A stretch of DNA of 63,129 bases, the filler included, from Cercozoa sp. M6MM (lineage: Eukaryota > Protista > Endomyxa: Ascetosporea): NCBI GenBank assembly GCA_040357565.1. It is 10 parts of 10 records of this genome, joined end to end, with 100 filler letters (N's around TTAATTAATTAA, not from the genome) between each part and the next. Parts side by side here need not be neighbours in the genome. Positions count along the whole stretch, not along the records: positions 22,980 to 26,944 come from JBDODJ010001260.1; positions 27,045 to 45,114 come from JBDODJ010000242.1; 8 more parts are not named here. One strand, written 5' to 3'. Within the stretch, counting starts at the first letter, position 1. The number at the start of each line of letters is the position of its first letter. The notes below the pieces were generated by a model that saw only the letters and a program-made list of their open reading frames with translations, had not been told where the DNA came from and ran no database searches. Both the position numbers and the translations under genes were made by a program. Below are positions 24,561-38,400 of this stretch, in pieces.

Positions 24561-26890
24561 ATGCAGCTGAGGGCGCTCACTCGCGCTCAAGCGCGTCTAG
24601 CCGCTGCGTTTGTGCGCTATGGTAAGTTTCTACACGCGTGTACTTGTTGATGCAAGCTTGCGATGGTGTGTAGGTCTCTGGGCTAGCAAGCACCGGTGGC
24701 GGGTCATTGTGTTTGCCCTCGGTGTGGTGGCCGTCTTTGCCAGCGGCATCGCGTTCCTGGAGGTAGAAGACGACACTGCGACGCTGTTCACACCAGCTGG
24801 TAGTCGTGCCCACGTTGACTACGACAACATTGCCAAGTGGTTCCCGAATGACCTCACTGAGCACAACATTCTCGACATCTTTATCGCACGCAAGGGTGCT
24901 ACATGCTGTATATCTAGAGGATTTGGGCTGTCGGTCTCCTTTTCTCCAACACTGTGTTGTAGACGGAAACACCGACAATGCTCTCGAACATCCCGATGTG
25001 CTGCAAGTCTTGAAAGAAGTCGAAACCGTGATTGAAGGTACATTTATTTTATTTCATTTCGATGCTGGGATGTCTTGGAGCAGAAATCGTCGTTCAGAGT
25101 GGTGCACAAAGTACGTTTGCGACGATGTTTCGCTTGGTGGCGTCGTTCCGAACTGTAGCACTCTCACTTTTAAGAAAACTTTTAAACTGACCAAATGTTC
25201 CTTTGTGTTGCCCAGCAACTGACTGGCCTGCGGATCTGAGCGAACGAGTCCGAATTAACGACACTGGAGTGTAAGTTTAGCTGTGTCCATCTTAAGACAC
25301 GTGAAGTCCTTTTAACCACATCTTGTTGCGCAGGTGTGCCCCAGTCTTTTTTGATCCGAAGCGTGACATGCCAACTCTCGCCAGGCAGGTCGTTGACGGG
25401 CCATTTGTTGCTACGCCAAACGTAATTTGTACTTTTGAGGCGTCCAGGTTGTTCATTTGGTCTAAATCTCAGTTTTTGTGCTTTGCAACTGTTTTTCAGT
25501 TGAGTTGCTGTTTGATCTGAAGCTGCTTTACGTTGAGTTTTTGAGTCCAGTGTCCGGCGCAGCAGCATGTGAAAGTCGCAAGTGCCGTCCGTCGCGTCGC
25601 TTTCGTAGGCTTTTGTGTCGATCACAGCTTTTGGTATTTTCCTGGAGTGACCTCTTCAGATGGCGCGAGTGCGTTCCGAGGAGACAGAGGCCACGAGCGA
25701 CCTTGAGAGCGCACTGGACCGATTGCTGCAGTGGTCTAACACTGCTCAGGAACGACTCGGCCCTCAGTGGCTCCTGGCTGTGTCTAATGATGTGTGCTGA
25801 CCTCATTTTGTTTAGTAAATTATTGGTCTATTTGAAATGGCTACTATTGCAGGCAGCACTGGACGTGGAGCTGGCCAACTCCGTCAGCGGCGACGTTTTG
25901 TTCTTTGCCGTCACTGTAGGCTTTTTTTGGGCCCTTATCTTTATACCCCCCTTTACCCCCCCCCCCCCCCCCCAGTTTGTGCTGCTGGTCGGCTTTGCCG
26001 TGGCGGCGTTTTGGCGAGTGCGACGGTCGACTGTATCTAGTGCCTAGTATCTAGTACCAGTACCTAGTACCTCGCAGTACCTGGTACTACTTGGATACCA
26101 AGTGGACAGGCTTGTTTGTGTGCAGGTGGCTTGGTTGGATGTGCTGGGCGGCACCCTCGCTGTTGCGATGGCCATGGTTTTACCCCCTTACCCCCCCCCC
26201 CCACACCACACAACGCCCTGCCCCCCCGCTCCCCCCCCTCCCCTCTCTCCCCCCCCCCCCCCCCGCAGGGACTGTGCTCGTACGCCGGAGTGAAGTTCAC
26301 GTCGGTGGCGTCGTTTTTTCCCTTCCTGTTGGTACAACTCAGTGGTCCAGATGGACCAACAGACGTGTTTGTTAAAGGGGTGATATGCTTAATGTCCAGA
26401 TGGGCATGTCGGTGGACGACACTTTCGTGGCACTACGCGCCTTCCAGCGGGCGCCGTGTGGCGTAGATTTTACCCCCCCCCCCCTGTTTACCCCCCTATT
26501 TACCCCCTGTTTACCCCCTACCAACCCTTGCTTACCCCCTACCTACCCTTGTTTACCCCCCTTACCCCTACCCCAGAGAGTGAGCGACGTGGAGTCGCAC
26601 GCGGCGGCGCGAGTGGCGCACATGCTGCGCGCGGCAGGACCTTCGATGCTCATGACCTCGCTCACTTCGGTACCTCTCAGAAGGGGGTAAAGGGAGGGGG
26701 AAGAAGGGGCTAAAGGGGAGGGGTAAGAAGGGAGTAAAGAGGGGGGTAAAGAAGGGTAAAGAGGGGGTAAAGAGGGGGGTAAGAGCAGGCAGCGGCCTTC
26801 CTGGTGGGCGCCGTTCAGAGCGCGTTTTTGGCGGTTCGTTCTTTCTGCGTTTTTTGCTGCGTCGGCGTGCTGTGCGACTGCTTCCTGCAG
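24561..26890 (+). CDS. Patched/NPC1-family sterol-sensing-domain membrane protein, 3' partial
   Basis: N-terminal TM followed by EVEDDTATLFTPAGSRA; SSD motifs FPFLL-GMSVDDTFV and AAGPSMLMTSLTS...AFLVGA...AVRSFCVF. Confidence 0.82.
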
Positions 26891-27058
26891 GTGTCCCCTT
26901 TACCCCCCTCTTTACCCCCCTCTTTACCCCCCACTTTACCCCCCNNNNNNNNNNNNNNNNNNNNNNNNNNNNNNNNNNNNNNNNNNNNTTAATTAATTAA
27001 NNNNNNNNNNNNNNNNNNNNNNNNNNNNNNNNNNNNNNNNNNNNCCCCAGAGGAACGT

Positions 27059-27915
27059 ACGTACCAGAGTGACTGTTGTCGTCGGCATTCTCGTTAGTAC
27101 TTTGGTCAAAGTCGATCTCGGTGAGGTAAACCTCGGCACAGCGGTCGTCTGTGTGTGCGTGTCGGAATCAGCGTCAACTGGGTCCAACCAGCGAAAAGAA
27201 AGAATAGGAGGTACCCTGCATGGCCTGCTCGTAGACGGAAGCACCGCCAATGACAAACACGCGGTCGCACTTGGTGTCTTCATGCACTTTCTGCAACACA
27301 AAGATACACCCGTCCAGTGAGCAGTTTCAACAATTGCAATACAGACCCGTACCTCAAGGGCCTCGTCGATCGAGTTGCACACCAACTGTACAAAACACAC
27401 ACGCATACACACATTGAAGACACAAACACACCAAAAGGAAAGCTGTACGGTCATGGGTGTGTCACTCAGGTGCTGACTGTTGGTATACACACCAAGGCAT
27501 CCAAGCACAGGCTGGACACACACTACACTACAGCCAGTTTTACAGAGAGGTAACGTCACGTGTCAGAACAATGTTTAGACGGTCCGGAAGCGGTCGGAAA
27601 CGCTCGGGAATCGACTGCGAATGAAACATGATGCCAGTCACTTTGACAGCACAGGATGAGGCTTGATGTACCTCCCAGGTGACACGACCCATAATGACGG
27701 CGTTGTAGCTCTTCTTTTTCTTTGTCACAGTTTGCGTCAAGTCCTGTTAATGAACACTTACCACTCCAAGGCAACGCGTTGACAATTTGGGGTGACAACA
27801 AGGGTACGCGGAAGTATCGCATGTCAGACGGAAGGCGCCAAGGCAGACTACCTTGCCGGCCAATGCCGCGTGTTCGTACGCACATGGCCGCCACAAGGGC
27901 AAAGTCTTTCGTCAT
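27059..27915 (-). CDS. DHFR: Dihydrofolate reductase domain (possibly DHFR-TS; 3' partial)
   Basis: ALVAAM...[69 protein letters not shown]. Confidence 0.93.
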
Positions 27916-28077
27916 AGTTCGAACCCAACAACGAGCACTGCAGTTCACGATCATCAAATTAAAGTCCCGCTCACAAACCACTCCGCCTCTCGGAACAAAC
28001 ACATCTACACATCTACAGTACCTTAAGAGGAACAGAAAAAGGACAGAGCTAGATGGACTGTCAGCTAAAGAGATCGG

Positions 28078-28085
28078 GCGCCAAA
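28078..28085 (-). promoter_or_regulatory. Putative E2F-type site TTTGGCGC upstream of DHFR
   Basis: Exact match to the TTTSSCGC consensus ~165 bp upstream of the DHFR ATG; an 8-mer could occur by chance. Confidence 0.25.
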
Positions 28086-28331
28086 AAGTGGTTTTTATTT
28101 TTCGTTTGTATCATTCTTTCTCCGATACTGCGAAAACAGCTACATAAAACTCGCAATCTAAAGATCAGGAGTGCTTGTGGGGCACAAATTGCAGGTTATA
28201 TTGAGAAACTACGGAATTCGGCTGGATTTGGTCAACGGTAAAGATCTATTTGTGCCCCTGTGCCTCGGTTTTGCTGTTTTGCTGTTTTGCTGGAGCTTCG
28301 GTGTGATTTCCAGACTTGTCACGGATCGTTT

Positions 28332-28815
28332 ATGAGCGGATATCAGCGAATTCCGGGCAACGAGCCCGAGGCACCCGTACTGCCGAGTGCGAGTGCGCCA
28401 ATGGTGAGTCATCGCACTGTTGCTTAATTTCTGAGCAACAATGTGCGATGTGTCCACAGGGCACAGTGCAAGAGATGCAACCGACGCGACCAGAAAGTGG
28501 CAGCACAAATCCGTACGCACAGTACACTGTGGCCGTGGACAGCACTAGCATGGCACCTGCCAGCATGGCACCTGGCATGACACCTGTTCAGCAACAGCAC
28601 GTGCCACAGCAACAGGGTCAGTACGTGCCTCTGCAGCAGGGACAGTACGTTCCACAGCAACAGGGACAGTACGTTCCACAGCAGCAACACCCGCAGCAGT
28701 ACATCCCACAGCACCAGCAGCAGCAGTACGTACAGCGACCCGTGCAGTACCAGCAGCGACCCGTGCAGTACCAGCAGCAGCCTGTCTACCAGATGGCACC
28801 GTCTCAACAGCAGCC

Positions 28816-28847
<32 letters not shown>

Positions 28848-29303
28848 CACCGGTGCATCAACAGATGTCGCAGCAACCAATGTACCAGCAGCAGCAAGGC
28901 ATGTACTCGCAGTACCAGCAGCAGTACGTCCCGCCGCCGCAGCAACCGGTACGTTTGGACTGCTTGTACTGACTGAGGAGGGGGTGACTCTGCTCAGCAG
29001 GTCATGTGCTTTGCTTTGTTGATTCTGACAGGGCGTGCCGTGTGCCAAGTGCGGAGCTCGCTACCCTCTGCCTCCCGGCTGCCGCAGGTGTGTCATCCAC
29101 TTCTGTTCACTCTCGATCGTTGACTGTGTCGTTGTTTCACTATTCTCAGTTGTTTTTACGATTTGCCCTTGTGTTGACAGCTTCCGCTGCCGCAAGTGTC
29201 ACTACTTCAACAGTCAAGACCGTACCAACTGCCTTGAGTTGTCACGTTAAGCTCTCTGAAGAGAGGTTGCTTTCTTGTGTGCGCAGAGTGCATGATCATG
29301 TGA
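28332..29303 (+). CDS. Gln/Pro/Tyr-rich protein with C-terminal LSD1-like CxxC...CxxC zinc finger and probable CaaX box
   Basis: QQGQYVPQ repeats; CAKCGARYPLPPGCRSFRCRKCHYFN; the final splice gives ...QDQCMIM-TGA. Confidence 0.7.
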
Positions 29304-29455
29304 TTCTGGCTGGCTTGTTCTCTGGACTCCCAACTCGTGACCGTGACTAGTCGAGTCAGTTGAGTATTCAGATAGCTAATAATACTCTATCGTCCAGGCA
29401 GTCAAGTCGGTTCGGTCGACAGCAGTCCCCGGTCTCCCAGCTCACTGCAGTCGGT

Positions 29456-30679
29456 CTACTTAAGCACGAACTCGCGCTTGTGATACAGGCCCTCGTCAAA
29501 GTAGCGCGCGACAATGGTGCGCTCGTCGAAGGTGCTGCACAGACAGAAGGAAAATGCGAATACGAGTGAGTGTGTCCTGGAGAGAGACACACAACACAGA
29601 ATAGGTGATGGCAGCTACCGGCCCTCGAGGTTCTGCTTGGCGTTGGTGCACTCCTCGACCGTGTCGAAAAGCACAAAGACCTTGCCGACTCCCAGCGGAT
29701 CCGACTGCGGGTCGTCCTTGTCCAGCGGTCTCGGGATCGTCACCTCGTGCACAATGCCGTAGCTGGCGCACTCGCTCTTGATCTCGTCTCGCAGCTCTGC
29801 TTGCATGTAACACTTGTACATACCACTAGTCGAATGGGGGAAGGGGTAAGGGACAAAGGGCAATAAACTACCGATAAAGTCGGCCTCGTCGCACAGGTCA
29901 TCGCGCGTGACCATTTGCAGCAAGCACAGCACACGCGATGCTGCCAACAATTAGAGGGAGCGGTAAGAGGGGGGGTAAGAGGGGGTGAGGGGTAAAAGTG
30001 CTACGCTTCTCAATGGCGTCGATGTTGACCATACGCGAGTCGAGTGCCGACTGCGCCGTGTCGCCCGGCGCCGCGGCAGGCGCTTGCTTCTGTTGGGTGG
30101 GGTAGGTAAGGGGTGGAGGAAGGGGGGGGGGGGGAGTAAACTCCGCTACCAAGTGAGCGCCGTACTTGGGAATCTTGGCCACGGCGGCCGCATGCGCGTG
30201 CATGTTGGCCAATGCACTCGGCGGCATCTGCAACAAGGTAGGGAGGGGGTCGGGGTAACAGGGGGTGTAATAGGAGTATAGGGGTGCCAACAACATACCT
30301 GCTGAATGATCTCCTGCGCAGCGTCGGCGAGACGCACGGTGAGCATGCGGTCGCCCATGACGAGTCCGTTGAGGCCCTTGATGGCCTCCTGTGTCACCGA
30401 TGGATCGGCGTACTCAAAGAAGCAGAAGCCCTTGTTGGTCGCCATGTCGGGATTCTGGGGTAGGGGTGGGAGTAAAGGGGTAATGAGGGGGTACTGAGGG
30501 GGTACTGAGGGGGTAAGGGTCTACCTTGACAACGAAGAGGCCGCGCAGAGGACCGTAAGTTTCGAACAGCTGCCGAATGTCGCTGGCGGCCAGCTGGAAC
30601 GGCAGACCGCCGCAGAAGATCTTGTTGGGTCCGTTCACCACCTAGACACACATAGAAATATACATAGAAATATACATAC

Positions 30680-30730
<51 letters not shown>

Positions 30731-30927
30731 GTATACCTGAGTGGAAATAATGCCGAGACGCGACGTGTCGCATCGGTACGACAGTGTGGCCATCTGGGCC
30801 TCCTGTACACATGCATACACACACATAAACATACCTCTATGAGGGGGGGTAGGTGTAAGGATACAGCAGGTGGGTAGTCCGACGCGTTGTACTCCGAGGG
30901 ACGGTTGATCTTGAGGTTGAGGCCTGC

Positions 30928-30996
<69 letters not shown>

Positions 30997-31006
30997 NNNN
31001 NNNNNN

Positions 31007-31055
<49 letters not shown>

Positions 31056-31968
31056 GAGTGCACCCTTGAACTCAATGCCGTCCAGATTGGCAGCATTCGT
31101 GGCATCCGCCATACCTGGGGTGGGGAGTCAAGGGAAAGTGCAAAGGGAGGGGCTAAGAGAAATACTGCGCATCTCGAGGAAGCCGAAGCGCTTAGCCGAG
31201 TTAAGGTAGACGGAAATGACGGCGTCGCGCGGCACGTCGGGATTCGTGTCGCCACCTGGCAATGCAAGGGTTAATAGGGGGGCATGGGTAGAAAGGGAGG
31301 GGCAGGGGTGTTGAGTACCACATGCACGCACGTAGGCATCGTTGAAGAAGTTGCGCAGCTCGTCTTCCCGGCAGCCCTGTGGCATCACAATGTACACACA
31401 CACAAGCACACACACAGGCACACACACAGGCACACACACAGATACAGCTGCAAGCTACGCCCATGGGCAGGTTGCCGACGTACAGACGACGGCCGAGACG
31501 CTGCTGACCCGAGAGCGACTGCGCCTGTAATAGAGGGGGTCAAGGGAGGGAGGGAGGGGTAAAAGAGGGTAGAGGTAAAGGTACGCCCGAGCCCTGTCCG
31601 CCAATCGTGGGCGGCATGTGTCCAACCGTCTTGTTGCCTCCGAGGGTGTTACCACTCGGCAGTGAACCCATCGCCATCACGCCCATTGACGACATCTGCA
31701 GTGTTGTAACACGTGCACACACAGCACAACACACGACACAGCAGTAAGAGAGAAAGAGAGTTTGTGTGCTATGGCTACCTGCTCTGGCGTAACGTCCCAG
31801 CCAGACGGAAAGCGTCGCGGCCGTGGTCGTTCGTCACGGTGTCGGCGACCTAAACAAAACACACACACACGCTTGTGTACAGGCAACCCGCACGTAACAC
31901 GCACACGAGTGACAGGAAGTACTGCGAGAGCGGGAGCGACGACGCGAACGGGAACGAGAACGTGCCAT
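29456..31968 (-). CDS. U2AF2: Splicing factor U2AF large subunit (U2AF65)
   Basis: RS-rich N-terminus, SGWDVTP, RRLYVGNLP, NKIFCGGLP, NKGFCFFEY, and C-terminal UHM GVGKVFVLF...GRTFDERTIVARYFDEGLYHKREF; TAG stop. Confidence 0.95.
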
Positions 31969-32292
31969 GGTGTCTGCAGTATGTGTGTATCTCTCTCTCT
32001 CTCTCTGTCGGCACGAACAAACAAGATATCGAATCGAAACAAATACAAATATCATCCATCCCTCTCCCAAGAACCAAACGGTAGCGATAAACCTACACTG
32101 TTCAAATCGTACGTACACGGACGGCACCAAACACACAGTGACAGCTCAAGTGACTTCTCTGACTGGCCCGCGAGTTGGCTCAGTCCTGTCCAGTTTTGTG
32201 GAGCATTCGGCTCAGCCGGCTCAACTTTTTAAGGCTGCGCCAGAAGGGTGTTCTGGCCAACAAGCCTTTCTTACGTTCTAAGGCACTAAATC

Positions 32293-33580
32293 ATGCCAGC
32301 GTTTAAGTCAGTAGCGGAGGGATTGCATAATCCCAAGACGCACACCACGTGAGTTTGCTGTTTGCAAAATCTGGATCAGGGCGGCTCAGTGCCGCACCTG
32401 TGTCCTAGGCCATTTTTCTGCAAGTGTCATTGTCTTGGAGAGTGTCGGAACATGTGTAGAGGCGTGGTTTGTTTGCTTTTACTCTGTGGCTCTTTTCGTG
32501 TTCGAATTTCCTTCGTTCGTGGTTCGGTGTGCTGCGAGGAAAAGCTTTTGCTTGAGTTGTGTTGTGTATGGGGAGTGCGTTTCGTAGGCGTCCGTCGGTG
32601 ACGGGTGCAACCGTGATTGGCGTGAAGTACAAGGGCGGCGTCGCTCTCATGGCCGACACACTTGGCAGCTACGGCCGCATGAAGCGCTTTATCGATATCC
32701 AGCGCTTCTACCGTGTGAACCGGTAACCCATTTGTGTGCCTGTCTGTGTCCATTGTATGTGTCTGTGTCTGTGTCTGTCTATTTCTGTGTGTCGTTGTAC
32801 ACACTCTAGCGAAAGAGCATATTAGAGATCTGTTGTGCCTATCGTGCAGACGCTGCGTGCTTGGTGTGAGCGGCGACGTGAGTGACTTCCAGTATATCCA
32901 GCGCCTGCTGGAGGACCTCGTGACCGAGGACGCGTGTCTCAACGACGGACATGAGGTGTCGCCGCGCGAACTGCACGCCTACCTCACGCGAGTCATGCAC
33001 GGCCGACGAAGGTAGACTTTGGTCCGGTCACTGAGGGTTGGGTATCCTTGTAAAAAATGACCGTGGGTCCGTAGCAAGGTGAACCCGCTGTGGAACCAAG
33101 TGCTCGTGGCAGGCATCGAGGACGACAACGAGACGCCGTTCCTCGGCTTTGTAGATCTGTACGGCACGGCTTTCGAGGAGGACACGGTCGCCACCGGCTT
33201 TGGTCTCTATTGTGCCACGCCGCTGCTGCGTGGTATCGTGTGCTTGCCCCCCCCCCCTCCCCCGGTGTCTGTGCCGTTGTGTGACTGTTCCCATGTTGGC
33301 AGAGCACTTCCGCAAGGACATGCCGGCCGAAGACGCCAAGGCCCTCGTCGAGCAGGCTTACCGCGTCGTTGTGTACCGCCACTGTAACAGCATGAACAAG
33401 GTGCAGTTCGTCACGGTGACGCCCGAGGAAGGCGTCACTATCAGCGAACCCTACGCGCTGCCGACGCAGTGGGACTACGCCGACTTCCAGCAGCCGCTCG
33501 CCAGCAAGGCGCGCTTCTTCCTCGGCCAGCCGCTGTACGGCCGGCAAGGCGCCGCCGCCGCCCCGGCACAGGAGCAATAG
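32293..33580 (+). CDS. PSMB4: Proteasome subunit beta type-4 (beta-7)
   Basis: THTTRPSVTGATVIGVKYKGGVALMADTLGSYG, GVSGDVSDFQYI, RRSKVNPLWNQ, FLGFVDLYG, ATGFGLY. Confidence 0.93.
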
Positions 33581-33671
33581 TTACCGTTACGTTACTGCGC
33601 ATTATCGGCTGCACCCCTCGCTTCAGATTTTTAAGAGGATACCAGGCAGGATTGATCGAAACTGACGAATA

Positions 33672-33813
33672 GCACCAACCGTGAAGTCGACTTCGGTGTT
33701 TTGGGGAACGTCAAAAGGGGAGTTGTATGTCCTAACCTAAGCGGGCGGTAGACACGGCCATGCTCTCGTGACCCACCCCAGACTGGTGCAGGGGAACTAC
33801 ATAGTTGGTTTCC
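33672..33813 (+). mobile_element. Short copy of the LINE 3'-UTR module (copy A)
   Basis: Near-identical to the reverse complement of 46818-46964, e.g. ggggaacgtcaaaaggggagttgtatg...ccaccccagactggtgcaggggaactacatagttggtttcc. Confidence 0.88.
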
Positions 33814-34287
33814 GGACCCGATATTCTGAGGCGCGGAAAACGGGACGGAGGTCAAACACGTTCTAGAGAATGCCAAACGCATCAGGGACCAACACGAGCT
33901 CTCAGGCCACCACTGGCGGGAAAACTCCATACCAACGTAAGGAGACCGATGGAATAGCTCCGCGCCGACTCGCCTCGTGCGACGCCGACTGCGCACGCGA
34001 CCATCCGACACCGTAACCCTGCGACCTCGACTGTCGCCGGTACGATCGAAGACGTATTTGCACGCCTAACGACTCGACGAACGACAGTTAAATAGAAAAC
34101 TCACTTATTAACTGACGATATCAAAAGCTTACGTACTGTGCTGGAGCACAGATAGACTTCTTGCCGTGTGCAGGTGTGGTCTAAGACAAAATAATTGCAT
34201 AGCCAACGGTAGCGAACCCGTGTTTGCGTTAATCCTCCAATGAATTGATATGAAAGATATTTCCGTGTCTCAGGTTGGTCGCTGCGC

Positions 34288-34988
34288 ATGCCGGTGTGCG
34301 TTGAGTGCGGCGAGGAAGTGGTGCGCACCTACCGACAGTACGCAGGTTGCGTGACTTTGTGTGAACGTGTGTTTGATGTGTCCTCATGGCATGCGCAGGT
34401 CAGAATAACGTGCGACTCTCGCGATGTCAAACGTGTGGGCATGTCGCTGACAAGTACGTCGAATACGAGGTAGTCTGGCTTTGTTGATAGCAGCAAGGTT
34501 ATTGTAGTGCGTGTATACTTCTGTTGTATTTTGCTAGACACTCCTGGTGGCACTCGATGTGTTGCTGCACCGAGTGCAAGCGTTCCGACATGTGCTTCTG
34601 AACCGGCAGGTGCTGTTGTCATGACTGTGTGGGTGTATGCTGTGTTGATGTGCCTTGCCGACAGAACGCCAGGCTGACGCCGTTTTTGCAACTCGCACTG
34701 GTGGCCGCACTCGCAAGCGCCGCCTCCAAGTGGCATATCTACCGACACTGGGTACTTTGGAGTCTTGCATGCTGACTTTCCAGGCTGAGGTATGCCTTCA
34801 GTGTGTGCCGCTTGCCTTGACTGAGATGCTGCTGTTTGTGGCTGGCGTTCTCGTTGGCACATATGCGCTGCACAAACGACGAAAGCAGCATGCGAAACTG
34901 GCCTTATCAGCTTCCCTACTCGCCCAGGTAGGTTTTGTGTTTCGAGGCTTTGTATTTCGTAGTTTAAGTGTTAATGTGTGTGTCTGTG

Positions 34989-35030
<42 letters not shown>

Positions 35031-35032
35031 AG

Positions 35033-35084
<52 letters not shown>

Positions 35085-35363
35085 AGTCACCTAAATTACT
35101 GCTCTTGATGCCGCACGTTTGGCACTTTAATCGCGATGGTGCTGATCTAGCCGTTGTCGTTTATGCTTTCTCCTTCACATGCGCTGTCACTGCTGTGCGA
35201 GGTGCCTTCATTTGCTTGCTTGTTTGCGTTGTTGCAAGATAGGTTTTTGCGTGTATGCACAGCTGCCTTCCGGTGCAGCATATCGCGAGCAGCAGCGTCG
35301 GTGCTTTTGGGAATCACGGGCACCGTCGCATTTAACCTGCTGCTCATGCTGCACAATGAATAG
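34288..35363 (+). CDS. ARV1: ARV1 sterol homeostasis protein
   Basis: MPVCVECG...YRQY...RCQTCGHVADKYVEYE...LDVLLHRVQAFRHVLLN followed by TM segments; one intron carries (TTG)n at ~34990-35085. Confidence 0.88.
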
Positions 35364-35499
35364 AAGCGTGGCCTCGAGGCACGAGTACGGAGGCCGGGTA
35401 CCTTCGTGGGTGATGATTCGCCCGGCCCTGCGTAGCGCTTTATTTCATGTGAATTACATTGGCATCGAAATCGCGTCATTATCGCATCCGATCAGTCGA

Positions 35500-38400
35500 G
35501 TACCGTACGTCCTGGCTCCCCAATGACACGACACATGTTTGACGGCTTCGTGTCGACAATCTTCAACGTGTTTAGAAAACTGAACTGCGCGGCGCTGACT
35601 TACGTAACTACTCGTACTGTCACTCGAATTTGATGGCCGGTCGGCGAATAGCTGTACCGGCCGGCCGTACGGTACCCTGTTTTTTAACCAAATGAATGAA
35701 TAACTACGCACTTGCTACACGATTGCGTGCCGTCACTGCCGTGTCGTAGTAGTAAAAGTGTTCACTGAGATCGCGAGCTTAAAGACTCAGAATCATTCAG
35801 TGCGTCTGAACTTGCCTCACGTGCACTGCGCCGTGTGATGGGCATGATGCCGGTCACAAACAGCGGCAGCAACTCGCGCAGTACATGCCGTGCACCGTCG
35901 GGGCATCGTACTCTGTACGCAGTGGTTGGCGTTTACAGAGCCCCCCCCGGTATATTCTAAAAGTAACGTCAGAGATGGTACTCGTGCGAGTCGATTGCTT
36001 CGATGATCGGTCGGTTCAGCCGTTTTTGCAGTTGGCGTGTCAGACGCGCCTATGTCAAACTCAAGGTCACAAGAGTCCTGTAGTTCAGGTTTATGAACGA
36101 AAGAGCGTTCACGCACCTGCAGTCGTGCTCCTTCTCGGAGACTCCGCTCAGCGGGAGTGTCTGCACGGTACTTTTGCAGACTGCTGCGACGCAGCAAACT
36201 GTGGAAGTTTCGCTCGGTGTAGCGACGCAGGTGCATTTCGAAGCGATCAGCTGCCGCACACAGCAAGAGGCCGCACAGTGCAACACTGCAGGAGACAAAA
36301 GGGTGTGTATGCAACAGTAGGTTGTGTGTAGGAAGAAGTCACTGTAGAGTTGATCCCACGGTGAATTAAATTTACCCTTCAGATGTGGCAATGCCAGAGT
36401 CCGACTGTCGTGCTGCCATTGCATGGTCCAACGCCTTGAGCAGTTGCTTTCTGCACCGAAATTTTACGAATAACTGCCGGAGCACATCATAATTGTAGCC
36501 CGCACTTACTTTCGCCATGCGTAGGCACCGTCTCGACGCCGACCGCGCATCACAGCGGCGAAGGCGCCATTGCTGTGGCCGCGACTGCTGCTGCTGTCAG
36601 CGTTTCGAGTGCCATTCGTCGGACTGAGTCTCAGCAGTTCGGCCGCCTCTCCGTGCATCAGTGCCGGAGCGCGACACAGGTGCGACATCCACTCGACCTA
36701 TTCAAGGTCCACACGGTGTGCACTTGTACTTCACCGTGCTCGAGAAACCCGTTCGTACCAACAACTTGCTTGAGCGAACTACGGAACCCGGCCATTGAAT
36801 TGCAACGCGCAAGGCAACCTACAGTAGCATCACACTCACACATGTGCTGTATCTGTGAAACAAAACCACTGGGGAAATTGATACCTCGCCAAGAGAGTCG
36901 TGTAGAACGGCACTGGCCATGGCACACATTCGCAGAACGGGTCTCCAGACTAAACAGACATACGCATAGTACTCACTGTCGAACAAACTGTATCATCGAC
37001 GGAGGGAAGAAAAACCGTCCGTTGCGAGGAGCCAGGACGGTTGTGCCTGACGCAACAGTCTTCCTATCAAAGCTGCGTCTTTTGACACCCTATTATACGG
37101 AAGACAAGTCAGACAACCACAAATATGCTCACAAAAAACGCAGCAAGGCTCAACAAGCGAAGACAGTACCAAGACATGCGAAGACCCGCAGTGTCAAGTC
37201 GGTATCGAAGAAGGTCGCGAGCAGCGCCTTCGAAGCAGTGGAAATATCAACACTCATTGGTGCACACACTGACAACTAGGAGCGGCGTACCCAGACAAGC
37301 CTCGGACATTGAGCCATCCAAGAAAGCATGATTCGGCGTCTTTTTGAGCATTGCCGCAATTTCCTCCGAGTTGTGTACTGCAGTGCCAATTCTCGAGATA
37401 TATAACAGCCCTCCGATTTCAGAGTTGTATTCGCACAACAGACGTGTAGCGATGCCATATGGTGTACCGGCGGTGCATGAGACACAAGACGTCACGCAGA
37501 TATCATCATCACTCTCGGACGAGCAATCATCGTCGCTGCTGGACTGCGTTTCCATCAGGTTGATCCTTTGCGGTACCCGCTCTGCTTCTTCTTCCTGTAA
37601 CACAATTGAACGAGCGGTATGAGTTTAATAAAGCGTCGTTTCATACTGTACAGAAGCAACTGACTCACTCGAAAAGCAGCGTCGACATCAAGGTCGCTTG
37701 TGCGGAGGATCGGTGCATCCAACATCCGCCGGCACGCATCAGCCTGGCGTCAGAGCTTGTGAATCTTTCAAGAAGCGAAGATATTCTAATCTGTACCAAT
37801 GCGAGCAGTGTTACGCGGGCAAACGACGCACTCGTCGTGTCATTTTTCGAACTGTCACTGAAGAGAGGGGCAACACCATTGCGAGAGACCTGATACCGGT
37901 GCCGGTACTTGAGGAACAACGCCGGCAAACGCAGCAGGCGTCTTCTCATCCCGGGTCGTTTCATTCGTTTTCGCTGCGCATTTTCATTCAGTTTGTCGGC
38001 ACTGCATGCGAATACCTGGAAGCACATGATATGTCGTGTTTAGACTACCTGCAACCGTCGCTCGCGTCTCTCCAGTCGTTGTCGAAGCAGGCTGACCGCT
38101 GCCGCAGGATTAATATTCAAGTCATACTCGGTGGAAAGCTCCTAGCTCAAGAAGCAAAAGTCATCGATATCGATACCACGAACAATGTCGCGCAGTTTTG
38201 GAGCGTTCTGCTCCGTATACTGCAGCAGAGAAGTGCGGCAATGACTGCCGGGTTTTCGAACCAGTTCTGCCAACACGTGCTGTCGTGTAATCCCCGAGAG
38301 TCAACGCGCAACCCAACAATCACTTCAGTGTACCCATAACTGGAGCAACTGGATCAGTCACGAGTGCGCGCTTCCGCAAGAACCACGAAGCAGAGCCTGG

